Below are positions 1-6,899 of a DNA stretch of 20,000 bases, one piece after another. The position numbers and the translations under genes were made by a program. Every line of letters starts with the position of its first letter. Within the stretch, counting starts at the first letter, position 1. The notes below the pieces were generated by a model. That model saw only the letters and a program-made list of their open reading frames with translations, was not told the DNA's origin and did not search any database. This DNA comes from an uncultured virus (IMG/VR IMGVR_UViG_3300028888_000112) (taxonomy: Duplodnaviria > Heunggongvirae > Uroviricota > Caudoviricetes), in IMG/VR virus record IMGVR_UViG_3300028888_000112, one strand, 5' to 3'.

Positions 1-2
1 TA

Positions 3-341
3 CTGCGCTGCGATCCCGACAAGAGCTTTGTGGCGTTAAACGCGCACGGCTTTAAGCAGCGGCACGCAAAGCAGACGTCGTACTGTGACTGCAACGGAGA
101 CCACGTGAGGCTGATATCGAGTCTTAAGTTTGCCGTGGATGCGTTTACGCACCACGAGTCGTATATTGAGCACTACTCAACCAAGTCGCTGTCCGAGTAT
201 CTCAAGTACAAGGCAAACCGCATAGGAGTGGTGTGGAACACGGACACGGGCAAGGTTAGTTATTTTTTTCGAGTAAACATTAAAACTCCCGAAAAGTTAC
301 AGTATATTGCGGACTATTATGCGGATACTTGTAACGGGTAG
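3..341 (+). CDS. Hypothetical protein, 5'-truncated by the window edge
   Basis: Frame is open from base 3 to TAG at 339-341, has the same codon style as neighbouring genes, and overlaps the next ATG (319). Confidence 0.7.
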   Translation: MRCDPDKSFVALNAHGFKQRHAKQTSYCDCNGDHVRLISSLKFAVDAFTHHESYIEHYSTKSLSEYLKYKANRIGVVWNTDTGKVSYFFRVNIKTPEKLQYIADYYADTCNG

Positions 342-1296
342 TGTCGGGTTTATTGGTTACCATCTTTGCACGCGGCTTGCGGCGGACGGACATGAGGTTG
401 TCGGGTTAGACAACTTTAGCGACTACTACGACGTTTCCTTAAAGGAGGACAGATTGGCGAACCTGCTGCGGCTGAGCAACTTCCGCTTTTATCGGGCGGA
501 CATAACGGATGCGCACGCCTTGGAGAAGGTTTTTGTTTACGGCTTTGACGCTGTTGTGCATCTTGCTGCGCAGGCGGGGGTGCGCTACTCGCTTGAGAAT
601 CCGTCCGCATACATGCAGACAAACGTAGTAGGGTTCTTTAACATTCTCGAGTGCTGCAGACAGTACGGCGTAGAACGCCTTTTATTTGCCTCGTCAAGCA
701 GTGTTTACGGAAATAAGGACGGTTGTCGCTCAAGCGTGGAAAGCAACGACACAAGCCGCCCTTTATCGCCGTATGCGGCAACAAAGAAGATGGACGAGGT
801 GCTTGCCTACTCTTACGCTCAAAACTACGGACTTAAGACGACGGGGCTGCGATTTTTCACGGTATACGGCGAGATGGGACGACCTGATATGGCTTGCTAC
901 AAGTTCGCGGAGTGCTTAAGGCAAGGCAGACCTGTCACCTTATACAACGGCGGGGACATGTACCGCGACTTTACCTACGTTGGGGACGCTGTTGAGTGTG
1001 TCGTCCGCATACTACCCCTAAGCAGTCCGCAGTCGGTTTACAATATAGGCGGCGGCAAACCCGTCTACCTGCTCGACTTTGTCGACGAGTTAAGAAAGCA
1101 GATGGAGGCTGCGGGGCTTATTCCCAAAGACAAGTACGCCTACGACCTGCTCCCGATGCAGAAGGGCGACGTATATAAGACGTTCGCCAACACAGCGGCT
1201 TTAAAGAGGGACATCGGATATATCCCCAACACCACCCTAAAAAGCGGACTGAAGGCTTTTGTACGATGGTACAAAGAAAAAAGTTTAAATAGATAA
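319..1296 (+). CDS. NAD-dependent nucleotide-sugar epimerase/dehydratase (extended SDR; UDP-glucuronate 4-epimerase, WcaG/CapI-like)
   Basis: MRILVTGSVGFIG (GxxGxxG), DNFSDYYDVSLKEDRL, VHLAAQAGVRYSLENP, ASSSSVYG, catalytic YAATK, LRFFTVYG..GRPDMA, RDFTYV, PMQKGDV. ATG at 319 is preferred over the TTG at 307. Confidence 0.95.
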   Translation: MRILVTGSVGFIGYHLCTRLAADGHEVVGLDNFSDYYDVSLKEDRLANLLRLSNFRFYRADITDAHALEKVFVYGFDAVVHLAAQAGVRYSLENPSAYMQTNVVGFFNILECCRQYGVERLLFASSSSVYGNKDGCRSSVESNDTSRPLSPYAATKKMDEVLAYSYAQNYGLKTTGLRFFTVYGEMGRPDMACYKFAECLRQGRPVTLYNGGDMYRDFTYVGDAVECVVRILPLSSPQSVYNIGGGKPVYLLDFVDELRKQMEAAGLIPKDKYAYDLLPMQKGDVYKTFANTAALKRDIGYIPNTTLKSGLKAFVRWYKEKSLNR

Positions 1297-1305
1297 TACT
1301 TTTTT

Positions 1306-1336
1306 ATTGCATATAACAAAACTTTTATTACTTTTG
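1306..1336 (+). promoter_or_regulatory. Bacteroidota housekeeping-type promoter (-33 ATTG, 19-nt spacer, -7 TACTTTTG)
   Basis: Intergenic; fits the Bacteroides TTTG-N19-21-TAnnTTTG consensus; near-identical copies at 12008-12038 and 19532-19562. Confidence 0.8.
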
Positions 1337-1361
1337 TTATCATATTTAAAATAACAACGAT

Positions 1362-1577
1362 ATGAGAACAAGAGTTTTAAGGTTTTTATTGGCTGCGATA
1401 ATGACCTTGTTGGCTTGCGAAGCGCAAGCCTGCAGAAGCGCAGAGGTGGGCAAGCCCGTTTGGAGTGAGAGAAACAAAGCGTTTAAAAAGCTGTCGAAAA
1501 AGAAACGGCAGAGGTGCAAGACCTGCGTTGTTTTCAAAGAAGCTAAAAAGGCTAAAAAAAGTGGGTACAAAAATTAG
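1362..1577 (+). CDS. Small basic protein with signal-peptide/lipoprotein-like N-terminus
   Basis: Basic start, hydrophobic stretch FLLAAIMTLLAC, Lys-rich C-terminus; first ORF after the promoter. Confidence 0.6.
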   Translation: MRTRVLRFLLAAIMTLLACEAQACRSAEVGKPVWSERNKAFKKLSKKKRQRCKTCVVFKEAKKAKKSGYKN

Positions 1578-1623
1578 GATTTAATAAAAATATATTATTT
1601 TTGTGCCAATGCAGATAACTGCA
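1574..1623 (+). promoter_or_regulatory. Possible second promoter (-7 TATTTTTG at 1596-1603) followed by a small hairpin TGCAG-ATAA-CTGCA (1610-1623)
   Basis: Matches TAnnTTTG in an intergenic gap; the -33 element is weak (TTAG). Confidence 0.45.
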
Positions 1624-1646
1624 GAAACACGTAAAAGGAAAGAGTT

Positions 1647-1916
1647 ATGAAAAGGTATTTTTTCGAATTGTACCCCATTTGGAACTTCACGCCGAAGTCC
1701 CTGCCTGATGGGTGGTACTTTGCCGAGAGCGCGGAGTACGGATCTTTGATAGAATGCGAGCTTGCTGCGGTGCAGAAGGCGCAGGAGTTTTTCAAAGAGA
1801 AGTTTGTGGAGTTTGACGGGGCGATGGGCGACGTCAGCATTGAGCTTTTCTCGGTGTACCGCACCAAGGTTGTGAAAAACGAAAAGAATCTAACATTAAA
1901 AACATGCGGAATATGA
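1647..1916 (+). CDS. Hypothetical protein
   Basis: 89-aa ORF preceded by AAAGGAAAGAGTT; its stop overlaps the next start (ATGA). Confidence 0.75.
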   Translation: MKRYFFELYPIWNFTPKSLPDGWYFAESAEYGSLIECELAAVQKAQEFFKEKFVEFDGAMGDVSIELFSVYRTKVVKNEKNLTLKTCGI

Positions 1917-2569
1917 GCAAGACGGTAGCATTTGACTTAAGGTACAAGGATGCTATTGAGTCGGGAGAGGCGGTTGTAACCACCCGTAACGGGAACAGTG
2001 TGGATATTATAAATTGGGAGTGGTCGGTGGACTTCCCCATTCTTGTAAAAAATCACAAGCAGCTGCATGAGCCGCAGTTGTACAACGCAAACGGCAAGAA
2101 GAGGGAGTTTTATCAAAACTACACGCAGCCGAGGAGCACTGATTTGGTAGTGGTCTTTAACAAACCAACGGCGAGCGTGCCGACGGACATCAAGTTGGAC
2201 GTAGGCTTGGTGCTGTGGACTAACGCGGATATGTCGGACGAGCTGGCAACAAGCAACCGACTGCTTGGTTACCAAAAGTTAAGCGAGCCTGTTCCGCTTA
2301 CGTGGAGCATTAGCGATTTTGCGACAAAAGAAACGTGCCAACGGCTTTCGAATATACTAAAGAACTCAAGCTGTTACTTCAAGTCGTACTCGGAGGAGCT
2401 TGAGGATTGGGCGCAGCTTGACACGGTTTGTCTGAGGCGAAACTTGAAGGCGGACTGCATGTTCTTTGAGCGCAGACACAAGGACGTGCCATATATTGCG
2501 AGTCTGTACCTCCTTGTGCGGAACAGCAGCAATGACATAATATTAACGCAACGCATAATAGTAGAGTAG
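1913..2569 (+). CDS. Hypothetical phage protein
   Basis: ATGA coupling with the upstream gene; N-terminal FDL...G..VVTTRNG..V.I pattern resembles Bacteroidota phage proteins. Confidence 0.8.
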   Translation: MSKTVAFDLRYKDAIESGEAVVTTRNGNSVDIINWEWSVDFPILVKNHKQLHEPQLYNANGKKREFYQNYTQPRSTDLVVVFNKPTASVPTDIKLDVGLVLWTNADMSDELATSNRLLGYQKLSEPVPLTWSISDFATKETCQRLSNILKNSSCYFKSYSEELEDWAQLDTVCLRRNLKADCMFFERRHKDVPYIASLYLLVRNSSNDIILTQRIIVE

Positions 2570-2571
2570 CC

Positions 2572-2829
2572 ATGAGTAACGAGGACATTGTAAAAACTGT
2601 GTGTGAGGTAGTAAAGGAGAAGCTCCTCAGCTTTAAAGCCATTGTAACTGTTGCCGAGCGCACGGCGCAGGCAACCATTCAGGCTAAGGACGAGATTTTC
2701 GACGCGCAGATCGACTACGTGTTGAAGACGCTCGACGACAACAAGTACGACTACAACAGCCATGCGCGGGCAGCCTTCGGGATTTTTGCAAAAAAGCTGA
2801 AGGAGCGGATGAGAATAATAAACAGTTAA
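2572..2829 (+). CDS. Hypothetical protein, paralog of 2843-3046
   Basis: Shares MSN..I, KDE...A.ID..L, YN.HAR..F.IFAK.LKE with the next gene. Confidence 0.8.
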   Translation: MSNEDIVKTVCEVVKEKLLSFKAIVTVAERTAQATIQAKDEIFDAQIDYVLKTLDDNKYDYNSHARAAFGIFAKKLKERMRIINS

Positions 2830-2842
2830 AATACAAACGACT

Positions 2843-3046
2843 ATGAGCAATGGGGAAATTTTAAATTTGGTAAAGGATGAGTTTAGTATTGTCGACGTTA
2901 TTGGCAGTACAATCCTTCGCATAAAGGACGAGGACACAAAGGCGCGGATCGATGATCTGCTGCGGTATATGGACTGCGAGGCTTACAACGAGCACGCCCG
3001 TGAGGGGTTTAGAATTTTTGCAAAAAGGCTAAAGGAGATATTGTAA
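2843..3046 (+). CDS. Hypothetical protein, paralog of 2572-2829
   Basis: Same shared motifs; A-rich leader ending ACTATG. Confidence 0.8.
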   Translation: MSNGEILNLVKDEFSIVDVIGSTILRIKDEDTKARIDDLLRYMDCEAYNEHAREGFRIFAKRLKEIL

Positions 3047-3069
3047 TAATAAACCTTTAGTTATATTTG
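3040..3069 (+). promoter_or_regulatory. Putative Bacteroidota-type promoter (ATTG-N18-TATATTTG)
   Basis: TAnnTTTG at 3062-3069 followed by C, upstream of the recombination block. Confidence 0.55.
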
Positions 3070-3085
3070 CGCAAACAAATATTGA

Positions 3086-3400
3086 ATGACTATGTGGAAC
3101 GAGGTTAAGAACCGCACAAGGCGTGCCTTGGTGGAGCGCAGACTGCGCAAGAGTATAGCGGACAGCATTTTATCGCAGAACAAGCTGACAGTCGGCAACC
3201 TAAACGACTACGCCAACCTTGCGATGCGGTTGAGCGACACGGACGCTGACGCTTTTCAAAATTGGGCGGACGAGTCTTTCGCAAACGAGGAGGGCACGGT
3301 CTTTGACGTGGTGATAACCACCAAGGACAACGCGGATGAGAGCGCGGACTACGTGTACAACTCCAACGGAGGGTTTGCCGCCAACTTCTACAAACAGTAA
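3086..3400 (+). CDS. Hypothetical protein
   Basis: 104-aa ORF (start may be 3092), colinear with neighbours. Confidence 0.75.
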   Translation: MTMWNEVKNRTRRALVERRLRKSIADSILSQNKLTVGNLNDYANLAMRLSDTDADAFQNWADESFANEEGTVFDVVITTKDNADESADYVYNSNGGFAANFYKQ

Positions 3401-3412
3401 ACAAGCAAGACA

Positions 3413-3796
3413 ATGACAACAACAACAACAAACGTAAACGAGGTGGAAGCCATTCGGCATATTGCCGCGCAAAAGGATAACCACTTGGATGAGCTTTACA
3501 ACACCATGCTTGCGATGACGGATGTGCTTGAGGACATGGAGCTCCCGCTGAGCAAGAAGAACGAAACGATCCTAAACGTGGAGTACTTGGTGGTGCGCAT
3601 CCGCTTTCTTATTAACGACGAGGTTAAGCGCATAGACCGTGCCCTGCAGACGGACGAGGTCAAGGGCAAGCTTGCGGTAAAGACCGAGTTTACAAAGCGC
3701 AAGCAGTACCTGCTTGGACTTGTAGCAAGACTGAATGAGATTAGAGAGGATATGAATACGTTGTCAAGAAGTTATTACAATTTGAAATTTTCGTGA
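3413..3796 (+). CDS. Helical/coiled-coil protein, possibly a UvsY-like recombination mediator
   Basis: 127 aa with amphipathic helical pattern, directly upstream of the SSB and near the RecA-like gene. The function is inferred from size and context only. Confidence 0.5.
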   Translation: MTTTTTNVNEVEAIRHIAAQKDNHLDELYNTMLAMTDVLEDMELPLSKKNETILNVEYLVVRIRFLINDEVKRIDRALQTDEVKGKLAVKTEFTKRKQYLLGLVARLNEIREDMNTLSRSYYNLKFS

Positions 3797-3836
3797 TTTT
3801 TTAATTTTATGTTTAATTTTTCTAATTTTTTGTACT

Positions 3837-4613
3837 ATGGGACAATTGATTGAGTATGGACAGAAAGTCCAAAAAGTGGGCATAGAGCGTTTCGACTGTG
3901 CCCAAGGAGTAACCGTTAAGGCTGCGCTGCTTAACTACAAGCAGCCGTATGCGAGAAACATTGCGTATGACGAGGTTAACCGTTGCTTTGTTGAGTGCGA
4001 CAGAGCGATGGCGTTGAAGTACGGCTTAAACCCGTCTCCACGTTATTACTTTTTGGTAGCCGCGTTTGCGACTGATCTAAACGGCAACGTTATCGGCGAC
4101 AAAGAGGTCAAGGTAACGTATATGCAGATGAAGAATCAGCAGTACGAGCACTTCCTTGCAGCAAGTAACAACTTGGGTGGATGGGATGGTTTGGTAACAC
4201 TCACCAAGGTTGCGAAGAAGGGAGAGGGCGGCAAGGACTTCTCTTATGTGGAGGCGATGCCCGCGTCTTCGCAGGCGGACGGCTTTAAAACCATTTCACA
4301 GACGCTGCGTGACCGTATCAACAAGCTCGCTACCGACGAGGAGCTGCTCAAGGTATCGATTCACATGATTGACGCGGTGACAGGCTTGTACGAGGATAAG
4401 TACTTGGAGCGCATTGCGCAGAATAAGCAAAACGCCGCACAAACGGCTTCAGTGCCACGGTCTGCGCCGCAGCAGTCGATTAGTCAACCTGCACCACAGC
4501 AAGCGGCACAGCAGCCTAAAACGGCGGCAATACCGCAGACGGCACAACCGACTGCCGCCGCACCAAGTGATGACATAACACCTATTAACGGGGATGATCT
4601 GCCTTTTAATTAA
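3837..4613 (+). CDS. Putative single-stranded DNA-binding protein
   Basis: Globular N-terminal region, Gln/Pro/Ala-rich linker, acidic tip NGDDLPFN resembling SSB-Ct; lies in a recombination gene context. Confidence 0.65.
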   Translation: MGQLIEYGQKVQKVGIERFDCAQGVTVKAALLNYKQPYARNIAYDEVNRCFVECDRAMALKYGLNPSPRYYFLVAAFATDLNGNVIGDKEVKVTYMQMKNQQYEHFLAASNNLGGWDGLVTLTKVAKKGEGGKDFSYVEAMPASSQADGFKTISQTLRDRINKLATDEELLKVSIHMIDAVTGLYEDKYLERIAQNKQNAAQTASVPRSAPQQSISQPAPQQAAQQPKTAAIPQTAQPTAAAPSDDITPINGDDLPFN

Positions 4614-4664
4614 GACCTAAGCAAGTCTTGAAACTACTTTAATATTTCTAAATCAAGTAGTGTC

Positions 4665-5147
4665 ATGTACATACCATCAAAAAAGGTAGTTAACGAGTAC
4701 GGCAAGTTCGACTCGGAGGGGGAGTGGGAGTGCTTTAAGCAAAAGATACTGCCCATGTCCGATGCGGGTTGGATTGACGGACTCGACCGTCAGGTGAGTT
4801 TTGAGATTATACCAAAGTTGACTATAAAAGTACCTGTCGTTCTTAAAACGAAGATAAAGGTTGTAGAGCGCGTGTTGGAGAGAGCCGCAGAGTACACCTG
4901 CGACTTTTTCTACCACGACAAGCGGGACGACACGACGCATATAGTTGAGTTTAAGTCTCGGTACTCAAGCACCGCCCGCGACTACCCGCTAAGGCGCAAG
5001 CTGATCAAGCGGTTAATATGCGAGTGGAACGAGAAGGAGGGGCGGACGAAGTACGTTTTTGATGAGTACAAGGACACCGACTTGGTAAAGGAAAAGAAAG
5101 TACGAACCAAAAAAACAAAGAGTTATGGCAAAAAAGGAAAAAGTTAG
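4665..5147 (+). CDS. DUF1064-like PD-(D/E)xK endonuclease
   Basis: KFDSEGE...RQVSFEIIPK...YTCDFFY...IVEFKS...YPLRRKL follows the FDS.E / Q..F.L / Y.ADF.Y / V.DVKG / Y.LK.KL pattern of this phage family. Confidence 0.8.
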   Translation: MYIPSKKVVNEYGKFDSEGEWECFKQKILPMSDAGWIDGLDRQVSFEIIPKLTIKVPVVLKTKIKVVERVLERAAEYTCDFFYHDKRDDTTHIVEFKSRYSSTARDYPLRRKLIKRLICEWNEKEGRTKYVFDEYKDTDLVKEKKVRTKKTKSYGKKGKS

Positions 5148-6078
5148 TATAATGGACGAGTACGCAAGCGACAGACCGTTGGTTATGCACTCTACAGGCA
5201 TTAAGGCTTTAGACGATATCAGCGGCGGCGGCTTGATGGAGGGCGCGTTGTACGCCTTTTGGGGAGAGCCTGGGACTGGCAAGTCCTCGCTGTGTGCGCA
5301 GATAGCGAAGAAGTTTTGTGACGACGGTTTCCGTGTCGCGTATATTGACTCGGAGAAGTCGCTCAACGACGTGCAGAAGGAGATCTACGGTCTTACCGAG
5401 TACTGCAAGGACACCGAGGCTAAGGGTGACCGTCTGCTGCGACATTTGAACACGGTTGAAACCTTTAAAAGGTGCGACAGCTGTGTTAAGGATCTTGTTG
5501 AGGAGGGAATCACCAAGCTTATTATCATCGACTCGGACTCGGAGCTTTTAGCCCGCAACGTCGAGGAGATGGACGTTGAGTCAAAGGTGATCGGCGAGCA
5601 CGCAAGGCAGTCGCAGATTATGCTTAACAACTTGAAGGTGCTCGTGCACGAAAACAACCTGATCGCGATTGTGCTTTTCCAAGCGCGTGCGAACATACAG
5701 ACGTTTGCGGCGTACGGTGCGCCCGACAAGAAGCAGGCGGGCGGTTTTAGCGGAAAGCACATCCCCGACGCCATTATGAAAGTGGGCAAGGGAGCTACGT
5801 TAAAGGATAACGACAACAAGCCGATAGGTCACATAATGAAGCTGACGTTTGAGAAAAACAAGATTTACAAGCCCGAGTCGACGGAGGTGCAGTTCTTGTA
5901 CGGTTACGGCGTAGCTATCAAGATTGGCGCAATTGACGCGGCTATAGAGCGTGGCTTAATCGAGAAGAGCGGCAACAGCTATCTGCTTGGGAACGGCAGC
6001 AAGTACGTCGGCAAGAAGGCGTTGTACGATATGAGCGACGAGGATTTTGAGTATTTGGACAGCATTTTAAGCGAATAA
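5125..6078 (+). CDS. recA: RecA/UvsX-like recombinase ATPase
   Basis: STGIKALD..GGG, Walker A GEPGTGKS, AYIDSEKS, Walker B IIIDS, IGEHAR, Q.RA.I....G.P....GG, EKNK, FLYGYG, GLIEKSG. Confidence 0.9.
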   Translation: MAKKEKVSIMDEYASDRPLVMHSTGIKALDDISGGGLMEGALYAFWGEPGTGKSSLCAQIAKKFCDDGFRVAYIDSEKSLNDVQKEIYGLTEYCKDTEAKGDRLLRHLNTVETFKRCDSCVKDLVEEGITKLIIIDSDSELLARNVEEMDVESKVIGEHARQSQIMLNNLKVLVHENNLIAIVLFQARANIQTFAAYGAPDKKQAGGFSGKHIPDAIMKVGKGATLKDNDNKPIGHIMKLTFEKNKIYKPESTEVQFLYGYGVAIKIGAIDAAIERGLIEKSGNSYLLGNGSKYVGKKALYDMSDEDFEYLDSILSE

Positions 6079-6082
6079 CACT

Positions 6083-6514
6083 ATGGCAAAGAAAAAGTTT
6101 TTTGAATCGGACGATCAGATTGTTAAGCTGATCACCGAGCGTGCAGTGGTTAACGGCTTGACCGAGTGCGGGGTAAACGTACAGGTTATGTCGACCACAA
6201 AGCAGAAAGAGGTAATCAAGGTGGGTAAGGCATCCGATCCCACGGAGTTTCTAACCAAGACAGACAACGCGGTGCAGCTTTTTGTATACGAGGAGGTCTT
6301 TTTGGAGCTTGACGAGGAGTTGCAGAAGTTCTTGGTTGAGTTTGCCTTTGACGGGGTTTACTACGACTCCGACAAGGATCGCGTGATGCTTGAGAAGAAC
6401 CCGTACGTTCCGCTCTTTGACTTGCGCCGCAAGTACGGGGAGCGTGCGGACGAGCTGCTTGAGGCTGCTTACCTTGCGGTAAAGCAGAAGGCTGACAAAA
6501 ACAACGAAGAGTAA
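6083..6514 (+). CDS. Hypothetical protein resembling phage putative-metallopeptidase domains but lacking HExxH
   Basis: KVGKAS...FL....V.LFVYEEVF.ELDEE.QKFLVE...V.Y......EK resembles that family; no His zinc ligands are present. Confidence 0.45.
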   Translation: MAKKKFFESDDQIVKLITERAVVNGLTECGVNVQVMSTTKQKEVIKVGKASDPTEFLTKTDNAVQLFVYEEVFLELDEELQKFLVEFAFDGVYYDSDKDRVMLEKNPYVPLFDLRRKYGERADELLEAAYLAVKQKADKNNEE

Positions 6515-6528
6515 GGATGGCTTGAGTT

Positions 6529-6792
6529 ATGGCAGAAAACGCAAACAAACCGAAGACCGAACCCGTTGATCCGATGAAGGAGATGGTTGAGGAGGCTATC
6601 GCGCAGATAGCCGACGGGTACGACAGCCCCGCGATCAGGGCTGCGTTGGAGAAGTTTTGGAAGGAGTACCTTAAGGCGACGTTTGACGACCTGAGAGGTA
6701 AGCAGGACGCTTTGGTGTCGCTGATCGCCTTGGTTGGCAGTCAGGACAACCGCATCATGAGGTTGCTTAACTTTATACTTGCGGGCAAGTAG
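6529..6792 (+). CDS. Hypothetical protein
   Basis: 87-aa ORF with GAGTTATG start context; last gene before the terminator. Confidence 0.75.
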   Translation: MAENANKPKTEPVDPMKEMVEEAIAQIADGYDSPAIRAALEKFWKEYLKATFDDLRGKQDALVSLIALVGSQDNRIMRLLNFILAGK

Positions 6793-6822
6793 ACAGAGAT
6801 TCTTTCGTCTTGGTTTTATAGG

Positions 6823-6860
6823 AAGAGCGGACATTTATTTTAAGGGTGTCCGCTCTTTTT
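6823..6860 (+). terminator. Rho-independent terminator
   Basis: Perfect 11-bp stem AAGAGCGGACA (6823-6833) / TGTCCGCTCTT (6847-6857), extendable by G-U pairs and ending in a T run. Confidence 0.85.
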
Positions 6861-6899
6861 ATATATTAGAATGTATGTTTGTCTTTTAAACAGAGTATT

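Noticed and set aside
3413..3432. ACA trinucleotide run (MTTTTTN) as a phase-variable repeat
   Set aside because: Short and frame-preserving; consistent with low-complexity A-rich start regions.
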